A stretch of DNA of 64,000 nucleotides. Source: Felis catus (taxonomy: Eukaryota). Below, piece by piece: positions 25,450-38,500 of this stretch. The notes beneath the pieces were generated by a model. That model searched no databases, was not told the DNA's origin, and worked only from the letters and a program-made list of their open reading frames with translations. The position numbers and the translations under genes are program-made. Within the stretch, counting starts at the first letter, position 1; each line of letters begins with the position of its first letter. The DNA lies in assembly GCF_018350175.1 (NCBI RefSeq), contig NC_058381.1:42780001-42844000 (forward strand). Direction: 5' to 3'.

Positions 25450-26500
25450 ATCCCTTCGGTCCCGTCGCTGGTCCTCTAAACTTCCCAGCTCTAACAGCCG
25501 TCGACCGGGGACCTCGTGTCTGGGTCCAGGGAAACCCCTTCCTGGGTACCACGCCGGAGGGGCGAACCTGAGCCGGAAAGACACGCCCCCGACCCCCGAC
25601 CGTGCGGTCCCCCAGACTGGCCGCCTCGGGGTCAGAGCCCGGCGTCCCTCTGTTTCCCGCCTTCCCCCCCTACAAACCCAGAGGTCCTCGGAGCGAGGGA
25701 TGGCCAAGGCAGGGGCCGCGAGACCGGGACGGGCGCGCCCCGCCGTGCACCTGCCGAGGGCCCCGAGGAGCCGCGGGAGGGCCGGTCTCCGGGCGGCGCC
25801 TCTTTTGTCCTCCCGTCGCGGCGGCCCCGGCCCTGGCCGGCTGGGGTGAGGGGGGGGCGGGGGCGGGGGAGCCCGGGGGGCGGGGGCGGGCCCTGGGCTC
25901 ACGTGCTCGCCGCTCGGCTCTTAACCCGGCCCGCCGCCCAGCCGGGATGGCCGCGGCCGGAGCGAGCTGAGCCGGGCGCCCGCCCCGCAGCCGCCGCCGC
26001 CGCCAGCCTCGCCCCCCGCCCGGCCGGCGCCCCCGCCCGCGGCTCCCGCAGCCGCGCCTCCCGCCCGCGCCTCCTCCCGCCCTCGCCGCGCCGCTCGCAG
26101 CCGCAGCCCCCGGAGCCGGAGGATTATGAGCGAGCCATGAGGCGGCTGCGGCGCTGGGCGTTCGCGGCGCTGCTGCTGCTGCTGCCGCTGCTCCCCCCGC
26201 CCGGTGAGTGCCCCCGGCCCCGGCCCCCGCGCCCTCCCTGCCCCCGCCCCGGGTTTTGCGGCGCTTTCTGCTGCAGCCACATTTTCCTGCAGTGCTCGGG
26301 GTGACAGCCTGTCCGATCGCCGGGGGGGGGGGGGGGGGGAGCGGGGGGGACGGGAAGGGGGGACGGAGGGCGCGTGCACCCACCTGTCCCCATCTGGCCC
26401 GCCCCACCGCGGCCAGCCCCCTGCCGCCGGCCAACGGACTCTGCAGGTCTCTGCGGGTGAGGGGGGGCAGTCGTGACAGGCGGGCGGGAGGAAAGCTCCT
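25450..26500. promoter_or_regulatory. CpG island and ADAM11 promoter
   Basis: Very GC- and CpG-rich. GC boxes and two GCGGGGGCG (EGR-type) sites at 25857 and 25880, E-box CACGTG at 25900-25905. Spans exon 1. Confidence 0.9.
26137..26203 (+). CDS. ADAM11: ADAM11 exon 1 (signal peptide)
   Basis: gccATG; [22 protein letters not shown]|gtgagt. Confidence 0.93.
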
Positions 26501-29500
26501 GGCCCCCTCCCCATCAGGCTCTTCCTCTGCAGGGGACCAGATCCGCCCAGCTCCAAGGGGCACACCAGAGTGGGGGATGAAGTGTGCTCACCCCAGTCCC
26601 AAGTCTCCTGCCCCTCAGTGGGCATCCGCCTGCAGCTATGGCCTTGTCTCCTCAGGTCTTGGGACCCGGGGTCCTGTCGGAGCTCTGCACTGGCGGGTCT
26701 CACCCCAGTTGGGGAGTCCGGAAGCCCCTGAGGTCACAGAGCCCAGTCGTCTGGTGGGGGAGAGCTCCGGAGGAGAGGTCCGAAAGCAGCAGTTGGACAC
26801 CAGGGTCCGCCAGGAGCCACCAGGGGGCCCGGTGAGTGGCCCTGGGTGTGAGGCCAGGGGTCTGGAGCAGGCCTGGAACCCAAGGAAGGCCACCAGGCAG
26901 CCAGGGTTTGGGCACCTCCCCAAGAAGCCGGCTCCCGCAGCTTCTCCTTCTGTATAATGGGTGCTGGAGCCCACTAGTGGGGAGCACCCACCTGCCTCAC
27001 TCCAGGCCCCCTCCAATCATCATGGGGATCGCCTGTCCTCCGTGGACGCTGGAATGCCCAGGGCACAGTCCAGCCTTGGGTCAGGGTTCCACCAGCCCCC
27101 ACTCCTCTCCTGCCAAAGCAAGTGGTTCTACACCAAATTGGGCTTGGGCAAGGCAGTAGGGGGCAGGGAGAAGCAGCTAAGAGCTCCATCAAGGATTAGG
27201 GCTCCTGTTTCTCATCACAGCCACCCTCAGTGGGCTTTCTTGGAACAGCTCAGTGCTTGATCCTGCCTCAGTTTCCCCTCTGTGCACTGATAGGCTTGTC
27301 ATTCTCCTTCCTGTCCTCGCCCGAGGGTGGGGCCTTGGGAAAAGGCTCGGAGGTCCCAAGCTCACCCACAAATGCCAGCTNNNNNNNNNNNNNNNNNNNN
27401 NNNNNNNNNNNNNNNNNNNNNNNNNNNNNNNNNNNNNNNNNNNNNNNNNNNNNNNNNNNNNNNNNNNNNNNNNNNNNNNNNNNNNNNNNNNNNNNNNNNN
27501 NNNNNNNNNNNNNNNNNNNNNNNNNNNNNNNNNNNNGGAGCTGGAAGCGGAAAGTTAGCCAGGCCAACTGGGGGCGGCGGAGGGCAGGATGGCAAAGGCC
27601 TGGCGGAATTAGGAGGTGTAGAGGAGAGATTCGGAGGAGGGGTACAACCGCGGTCTGGGAAGTTTGGCAGCTGGNNNNNNNNNNNNNNNNNNNNNNNNNN
27701 NNNNNNNNNNNNNNNNNNNNNNNNNNNNNNNNNNNNNNNNNNNNNNNNNNNNNNNNNNNNNNNNNNNNNNNNNNNNNNNNNNNNNNNNNNNNNNNNNNNN
27801 NNNNNNGGGGTTTGTGGGGGGGGTGGGGGTGGGGGGATACTCGGGAAATGGAATAGAGCAGGAAGGCAGCATGCATAATAGATGGACCATCACTCAAGGC
27901 AGTGAGGAAGAGGGTGGTTAATGGTCCTGAGCAGGCAGGCCTGGGTGGGGGTGGGGTGGAGTGGGGGTGGAGCAGGGGTGAAAGAGAAGGGGTTGGAGGC
28001 TGCCTTCAGTGTCTGCCCAGGCTCCCTGGGGGTGGGCCGCAGGGATGGTTCCAAGGCCAGGGATGGGGTATCCTGGCTGGGTTTTGTCCCTGGTCCAGCT
28101 TTCATCCTTGATGTCACCCCCATCTGAGAACTGTGCACCCAAGCCTGTGTTGGCTAGGAGTTGACTGCTCAGCCTGACTACTGGGAATGCAGGCGACAGG
28201 GGAGTCTCTTTGGGTGTCATTCTGCTGGCTGAGTGGGTGGCATGTGTGCATTTGTGATATGTGTGTGAGTGACCAAGTCTGAATATGCCCAACAGGGTGT
28301 CTGACGGGGTGAGGTTAGGAGTGGAGGGTTCTGTGGATCTATGGGGCTGTGGTCATCTCCAATGGGGGTCTCTCTAGCATTGAGCCTTCCCAGGGACCTC
28401 CCTGCAGCCTCCCCAGGGGATGTAGTCATAGCCCTGCCTTATCTGTACCTCAGTCTCCCCTGGGGTGGAATTCTCACAACTCTATAAGGCAGGTAACTTT
28501 TGCCTGCCCATTTTACAGATGAGCAAACTGAGGCTCAGAGAAGTTGAGTAACTTGCTCAAAGTCAATCAGATCTTTTTTTTTAATTTTTTTAATGTTTGT
28601 TTATTTTTGAGAGAGAGACAGAGCACGAGTGGGGGAGGGGCAGAGAGAGAGGGAGACACAGAATCCGAAGCGGTGTCCAGGCTCTGAGCCATCAGCACAG
28701 AGCCCGATGCGGGGCTCGAACTCACAAGCTGTGAGATCATGACCTGAGCCGAAGTCGGATGCCCAACAGACTGATCCACCTGGGTACCCCAGATCTTTTT
28801 TTTTTTATGTTTATTTATTTATTTTGAGAGAGAGAGAGAGAGAGAGAGCAAGGTAGTGCAGGCGGAGAATGGGCAGAGAGAGATGGAGAGGGAAAGAATC
28901 CCAAGCAGGCTCCATGTTCAGCACAGAGCATGATGCAGGACTTGATCCCACGACCCTGGGGTCATGACCTGAGCTAAAATTAAGAGTTGGACACTTGGGG
29001 CGCCTGGGTGGCTCAGTCGGTTGGGCGTCCGACTTCAGCTCAGGTCATGATGTCACAGCTCGTGGGTTCGAGCCCCACGTCGGGCTCTGTGCTGACGGCC
29101 CAGAGCCTGGAGTCCGCTTCGGATTCTGTGTCTCCCTCTCTCTCTGCCCCTCCCCCGCTCATGCTCTGTCTCTCTCCTTCAAAAATAAATAAACATTTAA
29201 AAAGTTAAAAAAAAAAAAAAAGAGTTGGACACTTAACCGACTGAGCCACCCAGGCACCCCTCAAAGTCAACCAGATCTTTAAGCAGTGGAGTGATTCTCT
29301 CCCATACCCGGTACTTCCCACCAAAAGCACTCTCAAGTTCGGCACAGGGGCAATCCCACGTGTCCAAAATATTTCCCCCTGACTGGAAGGACACTTTGCA
29401 GCCCTCTACCTCCCACCTGGCATTTCTCCCTGAAGCACTTCTGGCCTCGGCATGTACGGGGCTGATGATGGAGCCCGTGCAGCACTGAGCCCATGTCCCA

Positions 29501-32500
29501 GCAGGAAGTACCACACCCTGGCGCTGCTGGGCTGAGTCCGAAATTATTGCGTTGGTTTGGAAACTCAGGCTGAGCAAGGTGTTGAGCCAGCAGCAAGATC
29601 TCTATTTGCTGCAGGTCATGTGGCGAGTCTGGGGGCACACGCTGGCCAGCGGGGTGAGGATGATGGGGCTTTGTGTGCTCACCTGCTCTGGCCTCGGGCC
29701 GGTCATATCACCTGTCTGAGGCCTAGCTTCCTGAGCCCTAAAACCAGGATGATTATGATAACATCAATCTCAGCATCACTCACCTCCAGAAGGTGGCGAT
29801 AGGAAAGGGTTTTGTGTGCTGAGGGCTCCTGGTTTTTGTGGGGGATTGTGGGGGAGAGAGAAGGTAGCCAGGAAGGACTTTAGAAGCTAGAGATATTACA
29901 ATTGCTGGGCCCTTACTGGGGCAGACACTGTTACGCCTTTAGATATATTGATTTTATGTAATGCTCATCACAGCCCTAGGAGATGGGGCTGTCGCTATTC
30001 CCATTTACAGGTGGGGGGAGACAGGCACAGAGAGGTGAAATAACAAGCCCAAGTCACACAGCACTTAAGTAGCAGAGTCAAGATTGATACACTTGGGCCG
30101 GCCTGCCTCTCTCTCAGGGGTATAGTGAAGAGGGCCACAGGGGTCCCTTTGCCCTCTTTGCCACTGATCTCAACACCTCACTTCTGTCCAATTTGGAAGA
30201 AAGCTGGGCCTGAGGCCCAGAGAGGTGGGGGAGCTTCTGGAAGTGCAGAAACCTGTGGTCACAGGGAACCTGAAGCAGAAGGATGAGGCAAAAGAATAAG
30301 CAGGGCCACCGTGTACAGTTGGGCTGGTTGTTCACTGCACAAGGGTGCCCCAACAAGTAGACTGAATGAAATCTGTGGGCTCATGAGGCTACATGTGTTC
30401 CGAAGGGACTCTTCTTCTAAACCACACAGAGCTGCTGTGTGGGTCATGCCTGCCCCCTGGGGAAACCCAGACTCCTTCAGAACCAAGAAAAGGGCAGGAT
30501 GTGGGGGAAGCAAACAGGATGGGGGTGGAGAAGTTCCAGCCTCCAGGCCTAGGAGATAGACTTATCAGAGCCAGCTGGAGGAGGGGGGATCCTAGTCACT
30601 GGGCTGAGCTCCTGTGAAAGCTGTCCAGACCAGCATTTACTGGAAATGCTACCCCGGAAGCCCTCTGCTGAGGGTGTGTGTTTCAGTGTTTGTGTTTTCG
30701 TGCTGGAGGGGGTCAATTCAGCAAGGCTCAGTCCCCTGCCCTTGCTAGATGGCAGTCATTGCAGGGAGCCACCGGGTCTGTGCCTGGAGCCCTAGTACCC
30801 CACTGGGGTTATGGCCATGCAGCCAAGGTCACAGCTCTGTCCTGGGATTGGAGGCAGGAGACGGTTCCTGGGAGGGGGCTGGTGGCCGGAAGCTGCCTCT
30901 GGGACTTGAGCTGAGCCCAGCTTGCTCTGGAAGGGTGAGGGCTGCGAAGAGAGATCATTCACGCAGCGGGTTAAGCTTGGGTCTGAAAGGCTTTGGGGAG
31001 GACAGCCTTGGTGGCTCCTGGCCCCGCTGCTTTTGACTGAGTGACCGGGGTCAGCCACTGCTGCCTTCTGAATCCCACCCCCCTCATCCGTAAGATGGGG
31101 CTGATAGTCGTCTCTCCTTTGCCAGGCTGCGTGGAGGATTCGAGGAGTTGATGTTTGTCAGATGTCCTGCCTGGGATTTGGCGAGAGCAGGTGTTTAACA
31201 TCTGTAAGGCCTGCCCTCGCTCCTGCGTGTCAGGGGCAGGGTGCTGGGCAGCTGGCACCAGCTTGAAGGCTGGTGTCTGAGACAGAAGCCAGGGCATTTG
31301 GGGGTTACCTGTCAGGCTCCAGGTGGTGCTGGTGGAGGGTGGGGACAATGTAGCAGGAGTCTTGAGTTCTCCCCGGCCAGACTGGCCTGTGGGCTTGGCC
31401 TTGCCTGATTACCCCTCCTGGCTGCCTACAGGGACCCAGTTGCCCAGAGTCTGTCCCCAGAGGGACTAATGACCCTCTAAGGAAGTGACTGTCATCAAAA
31501 ATTTAGGTCAAATCCCATTATCAGAAAATTTTCAACCGTTCTCACGGTCTGGGATTCCCGCTGTCCTGTGGATCAATAGAGCCTCAGCACATCGCGGGGG
31601 GGGGGGGGTACTATTGTGGGGAGGGGATTTCTCCCTGCCTCTCTGGCTCCTTGCCATCTGCCACCACCCAGCCCATGTGGTTCATCTAGTCCTCAAAGCC
31701 CTGTTTAGCTGGAACATGTACACTCCATTCTTCAATTATTATCATTATTATTACTAATCCTTGTGATAATAACATATTAAAAAAGGCTTCCATCTGATCT
31801 CCATGACAAACTCATTTTACCAATGGAGAAACTGAGACTCAGGCCTTCTGATGCCTTTCCATTCAACGTGACTGTTGAGCCCACTGGGCAGGGAAAAAGG
31901 TAGGCACAGCCTGTGCTTCTGGGGACTAAAAGTCACCGTGCAAGAAGTTGAATCAGTGATCAGAGAAATAGACGTCCAGAACTGTGTGCTTAAAGGTCCA
32001 GGAGTAGTGGGGGCCACAGCCCTCTGTGGGTTGGGCAGTGCTGGCTTTGTAGACATAGTGAGGAGGAGAAAGTCATGGGAGGAGATGGAAGTTTGGGAGG
32101 AGATATTTGGGGTGACAGTCTGAGGGGCAGTGCTTGGACACTCGAATTTTCTGGAGCATCCGAGAATCCTCCAGATCCTCAGTCTCCCCCTTCCCGAGCC
32201 AGTGATTCTGTAGGTCTAGGGTGGGGGGCTGGCATCTGTATTTGTGATTCTGGGACTTCAGTGGGATTTTTGCCTCCTTCTTTCTGCACCCCACATCTAG
32301 GTGAGCCTGACACGGAGCATAAGACAACGCCTAGGGGGGGTGAACGGGCTGGTGACAAGGGAGCTTTAGGGAGGGCACAGTCACTGAAACCAGGTGGCCC
32401 CAGCTGCCATGGCAGACATGAACTGCAGCCCCAGGGTGAGATCTGACCCCGCACCTCCCCAGCATGGCCCTGGGCCAGTCACCTCCAAGTGTCTCTCCCT

Positions 32501-35500
32501 GAGCCTTGGCCTGCCATTTGTAAAATGAGCACCAGACGACCCGGGCGAGTTGAGATCAAATGAGCCAGGGCACGTGAGAGCCGGAGGCAAGAGCAGGGCA
32601 CGGGGTCGAGGCCCAGCCGGCCGGTCACCAGCAGCGCTGAGCTGGGCACAGAGGAGGGTGGGTAGGTGGGGGTGGGTGGAGGGGGACAGAAGGGGCTCCC
32701 GAGGGAGGGACTGAGGGATGATGGGTGAGGTCGGGGGCAGGTCAGGGGCAGGAGGCAGACCAAGCAAGGAGCGGTTTGGCTTTGATAGAACTCGGGCCTA
32801 AAGCTTGGCTGGGGGGGAGGGTGTTAGGACTCTGGTGTCAGCAGCAGCCCCCACCCCAGGTGACTGGAGAACAGAGGTCCTGGGGACCGAGGTGGGTTTG
32901 CCTGTTCTTTCTCTTCCTGCAGACAGGGAGTGTCCCCATGAACCCCCTGCCCAACTATCTGGTTTCCCTCCTCTTCCTCTGCCACCCTTGATGGCTCCCC
33001 CAGCCCTTCCTGGGCCCAGCCCCCAGCCCCAAGAGCTGCTCTGGCTCTCATTGGCCCCCGTGCCCTGTGCCCTGCTGGGGCAGGGGCAGTCCAGCCCAGG
33101 TTGGGCCTTACCGGGTGGGGAAAGAAGAGGCTGCAGGAAATGGTGGGGACAAAAGGGACCTAGTGTCTGCTCTTCCAACAGTCTGGGCTTTCCCCAGAGT
33201 GGGGGTCAGCTTGGTCTGCACAGGGATGGGGGAGGCCAGATGGTTAGCTTGCTGACTTCCTGCGTGGGGGAGATCCTGCTAGCACCAGGGCCGACCCTGC
33301 CAGAATTCTCCAGGCCCAGGACGACCCCCACCATCCAAAGCCAACCTCACAGCTTGCATCTGGGCTCATCTTACCATTTTCGTTGGGGAGATCTGAGGCT
33401 CAGAGAGGCTGCTGGATCATCCCTGAAGCTGCACAGCCTGAGAGAGTGGACTCAGGGCAAGGAGCCTGAACAGGCTGCACCTCTGGGTGGCCAACAGGGG
33501 CTTTGTGTCAGGGACAGAAAGAACAAGGAGGTACAGACTTAAGGGCAGGGAAGGGCAGAAGTAGTCTAGGCAGGGACAGGTGGGAAAGGCAGAGATAGAC
33601 CAAGCCCAGGAAGGGAGAAGGAGGGCCGAGGGGGTGGGTGGGAAGGGTAGAGGCCCAGGGGCACGGAGGAAGCAGAGATGGGCTGGGCCAGGCCAAGGCA
33701 AGGAGAGGAAAACAGTGACTCCTTGTCCTTGACTTTCTATTTCAATTCTGATCGACGCTCTAAAGGCTTGGGATGGAGCTTGGAGCTCCAGTCGGCCTGG
33801 AATGGGGCAAGTCAGTGTCCTTGGCGCTCAGAGGGCTGTCTACCTAGGCTCTGCGCCTTCACCCCCCCTCCCCCCACGACCTCTCATGGATGCTAGGCCA
33901 TTTCTGTCTTACCTTATCTTATCTTTGGGGTGAGGAGGCCTTGGAAACTGTTTCTGTAGGCTTGAATCGCAGCTCCATGACTTCTTAGCTGCGTGACTTT
34001 GGGCATGTTAGTTAGCCTCTCTGCTTCGGTTTCCCCATCTGTCAGATGAGGATAACAGTGGCATCCATCCCACTGGCTTATTATGAAGATCAGATATGAT
34101 AATACTTGCAAAGTATTTAGAACAGTGCCTGGCGCATAATAAATGCTCAATAAAAATGAGGAATCTAAGTGATTGATGAGGAAGCCAGCTAGGACCAGGC
34201 GATGAGATTCTGTGACCTTGGGGCTCCCTTCTATCCTGCAGCCTGCTCCCCACAAAAGAAAGGCGGCAGAGAAAAGCCTCACATCTGCATGGCCCAGTGC
34301 TGGGACCCTCACCTGGGGATCTGGATTTCAGTCTTAAATGAATATGGGGGTGAAGAAGGCTCTCCGGTCCTTCTGGGGCCCTTGCTGTGCTTCCAGGTCT
34401 TTGTGAGACCTGATGCTTGGTGTGGGGACATGAGAGCCCAGAAGGCCAACTCACCCCCTGAGTCCAGACTCTCGTGCCCCCTCTTCTCTTGAGGTCACTG
34501 TTCCTCCAGGCACACTAGCTTCAGGCCTGGAGTCCCCAATCCCCCCACAGGAGCTGGGTGCCCAGACCTGGAAGGGCAGCCATCTTGCTCAGGCCTGGTA
34601 TGTTGCCATGACAACCTGGAGCCTCCCACTGCAAAGGCCCCTCTGAAAAATTTATCAGGAAAACTTCCGTGTTTAAAAATTAACCACGGGATTGAAATAT
34701 TAAAGATGAGCTGCTTTGGGCAAGGCAGAGGGCAATGGACTTGGGGGTAGAGGAGCCAAGTTCTTCCCTCCTGACAGGATGGCATCTTCCCATCACCCCA
34801 GCTTCCAATTCTCACCCACGCCACCCTGTCTGCAGAGTCCGAGGCCTCCTCCGTAAATTGAGGCTGGGGCCAGGATACAGGAAGGGAGGGGCCTGCTTTA
34901 CAGAGCCCAAGGATCACACTGCACCCCATCTCCGGCTTGCCCCTTTCCCATGCTACTTCTGGGGGCTTCCCTTTAGTCCACGTGAGGTGGGGGGGCTGCC
35001 AACGGGGGGAGGGTGGTGTGAAGCAGTGGGCGGGCTGAGCTGCCTTCCATCCCCGCTGCTTGGGTAGACTGGCCCCAGGAGGCACCTACACCAGATGGAT
35101 GGGCTGGCCCCTGCCCCCCCCCGCCCCCCCCCCCCCCCCCCGTGCTGCTCACAGTGCCCCGGGCCCAGAGGGTGGGTTGGGCTGTACCCAGGGGTGCGTT
35201 CTCCTGTCCCTGCTCCCAGGAAAGGCACAGGGCCTCGGAGGAAGATGAGCTTGTACAAAGCATCTCCCACCCAAATCAATGGTCCCGTCAGCTGCTGGGC
35301 TGGGCCATCCCTTCCTCCCCAGTGCTACTCCCTATTCTGGGATTCCTCAGGTTGACTCCCCTCTGCCCTCTCCCCACCCCCAGCCTGTCCACCTGGCCCA
35401 GGTGAGTTTCGTCATCCCAGCCTTCAACTCAAACTTCACTCTGGACCTGGAGCTGAACCAGTGAGTGTGGCCGGGAGCCGGGGAGAAAGGGCAGCAGGCG

Positions 35501-38500
35501 GGTGGGCAAAAGCACAGCCTAGACGCGGCTTGGGGGGGGTGGGATCGGGGCAGGGCCGGGTCCTGCGGCCTGAATCTGAGCTGGGGCAGGACCCAAGCCT
35601 GACCTAACCCCAGCGGTGATCCCCCTCCTTCCTCCTGCCCCTTCTGTCTGTTCCAGTCACCTCCTCTCCTCACAGTATGTGGAGCGCCATTTTAGCCGGG
35701 AGGGGACAACCCAGCACAGCACCGTGAGTGCCTTGGGAAGGGGACAGGGGAGGTGGGACGAAGAGACGGGTGGTCCCTGGAGATGGGATCCGAGGTACAC
35801 CTATACTCGGGTGGGCCCAGCCCCTTTGGGGTCCTCCATCTGTCCCCACCACGGAGGCTCCCAGAGTCTGAGTCACCACGGCGAATGGCGTGGAGCCCGG
35901 ACTCCCTTCACCCAGCTCCCAAGGTCTGACTCCCAGCCAGCCTCTCTACCTGACATCAAGGCTTTCAGGGACCCTCCCTGCTCCATGCCCCCCAGACTCT
36001 TCTAGGAGGGGACAGTTGGGGGAGTGCCCTTCTTGCTCAGCACCAAGGCCTTGGGAATTCCTGGCTGCCTGGGACACCATGGTCCCAGCCCCGGAAGCCC
36101 AGGGGCCTGAGCAAAGATGAATGAGTGTCTATAAATAGCCTCCTTCCTCCCCACCCCCAGCCCCGCACCCCTCAACCAGCCAGTTCAGTAACTGGAGCAC
36201 AATTCTGCAGGAGCAGGGAGGGGGTGCTGGCCCCTCTGACCCGAGAGCCCCAGCCAAGTGGACACAGGCTGCTCACGGTTCCTCAGCCACAGACCGTGTC
36301 CAGAGGGGGTCCACGGAGGCAGTGGTGTCCGAGAACGCACTGTGTGTGCAGTTGTGTGTGTGTGCGCTGGGGGGCGGGGTGGGGGGTCCACAGCTTTATC
36401 TGATCAAGCGAGCTCATCTGTGGTGAGTGCTCAGAACAGTGCCTGGCACACGAGCACTAGCTCTTCTCGGAGGAATCTGTGAACCGTGCACCAGATGGTT
36501 GAGAGCCACTGATGTAGTCCAGCTTCCTCATCTTGTAGGTGAGGTGAAGGAGGCTAGGCACTGGGAAAGGAGAGGGCTAGGAACTTGTCCAGGCGAAACA
36601 GCCAATTAGGAGCACACCCGGAGGGGAAGCAGGACCCCCAGGAACCGCAGCCACCTGCACACCGAGCAGCTTTGGTGGCCCTGACCTCTCCTGCCAGGGC
36701 AGGGGGCATGTCTGCTCACCTCCTGCTCCTCCAGGGGGCCGGAGACCACTGCTACTACCAGGGGAAGCTCCGCGGGAACCCCCACTCCTTTGCCGCCCTC
36801 TCCACCTGCCAGGGGCTGCAGTGAGTATGGGGAGGGGCTGGGCGGCGGGAAGAGCCTCCAGCGCCGGCCTGGGGATGCATGGTGGGGAGCTGCACCTCTC
36901 TCTCCGCAGTGGGGTCTTCTCGGACGGGAACTTCACCTACATCGTGGAGCCCCGCGAGATGGCCAGGCCTCAGGAACCCCCCCAGGTGAGCCCCTCACAG
37001 TCCTCTGACAGCCCTCCTACACACATCCCGATGGCTTGTCCCAATGGCTGTCGCTGCCTCCTCCCTTGGTAACCTCAGCCTTCCTGCCCTCCTCAGTCAC
37101 CCCAGCTCTGGTTCCATCCCCCTGTGCCCTCAGCTCCAATGTCCCCTCTGTCCCTCAAATAACCTCCCTTTGGGCTCCAGTGTCCTTTGCCCCTATCTCT
37201 CAGGGCGACCCCAGGTCTTGACCCCGGAATCTGAGCATCTGGGAGATCAGATCCGACATGGGAGCTCTGGCCAGTTCTGGGTCACCCTGGGCTGGGGTGG
37301 GGGGAAGGGCTGGAGCTGTCCCTCCCCATCTGGACTCAGAGCAGACCTGGTCAGCCCCCCAAGAACTAATTCCCCCTCATTGCAGGGACCCCTTCCCCAC
37401 CTCATTTACCGGACCCCTCTCCTCCCAGCCCCCCTCGGATGCAGGGAACCAGGTAAGGGAGGGAAAGCGGGGCTGGGGAGGGGGCCGGCTGTGCCCCCCT
37501 AACCTGACCCCTCCCCCCAGGCTGCCTATTTGCTGCCCCTGCTCATTCTGCTCCTGTGAACCGGCCGAGGCTGAGAAGGAAAAGGCAGGTACGGGGGCCC
37601 GCACAGACCTCGGGCTGCAGAGACCTCAGGCTGCGGTCCAGAGCAGGACACCCCATCCAGGACTGGGGCAAAGGAGGGCTCAGACTGATGTGGCTGGGGG
37701 CCAGGGAACCATGCCCAGGAGGAAGCCCCCACCCCATCTCCTAACACCCGTGTCTACACCTGTCCACACTATGGACAAACTGAGACTGCCTGTCCTCATA
37801 CCAAGGCTGGGGAGAGAGGGGATCCCCACCAGTGGGGGACTGGCATTGTCCCTGACTGGAGTTCAGCACCCTCGAGCCTGTCCATGGCTTGGCCCTGACG
37901 CTGGGCATGGAGGGGACTGATTCCAAGTGCCCACCCACCCCCCAGGTCCGCCGGGGCCACCCTACTGTGCACAGTGAGACCAAGTACGTGGAGCTGATCG
38001 TGGTCAATGACCACCAGCTGGTAAGATCTCCAGCCTGGGGGCAACTCTGGGAGGGGGGCATGAAGCAGCCTGGGCCTCCGCCCACTCTCTTTCCTCCCAG
38101 TTTGAGCAGATGCGCCAGTCGGTGGTCCTCACCAGCAACTTTGCCAAGTCCGTTGTGAACCTGGCGGATGTGGTGAGCCGCCTCTCTCCCCTTCCCACTC
38201 CTCCCTCTGTTGCCCCTGCCCCAATGCCCCACCACACACAGGCTTCGGGTGAGCTTGGGGGGTGGGGGCCCTGTCAGCCTCCGATAGGGAGAGACAGACT
38301 GAGGCCCTCTCCCAGCCCTGTCCCCCCCCACACACTCTCCTGCCCTCCAGCCCCACCCTCATCTTCTCCCCTCTGAGCCCAGATGTACAAGGAGCAGCTC
38401 AATACCCGCATCGTGCTGGTTGCCATGGAAACGTGGGCCGACGGGGACAAGATCCAGGTGCAGGATGACCTCCTGGAGACCTTAGCTCGGCTCATGGTCT

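Noticed and set aside
25282-26957. Several overlapping 200-300 aa ORFs on both strands, including a frame open about 200 codons upstream of the ADAM11 ATG
   Set aside because: Pro/Arg/Gly/Ala-rich products expected from stop-poor CpG-island DNA; no domain signal and no in-frame upstream ATG that I could find.
27230-27921. ORFs containing long X runs
   Set aside because: Artefacts of N gaps; the 138-bp island between the gaps may also be low quality.
32805-33542. 245-aa ORF in ADAM11 intron 2
   Set aside because: GC-rich, non-ATG start, runs through a MIR fragment and has no recognisable domain.
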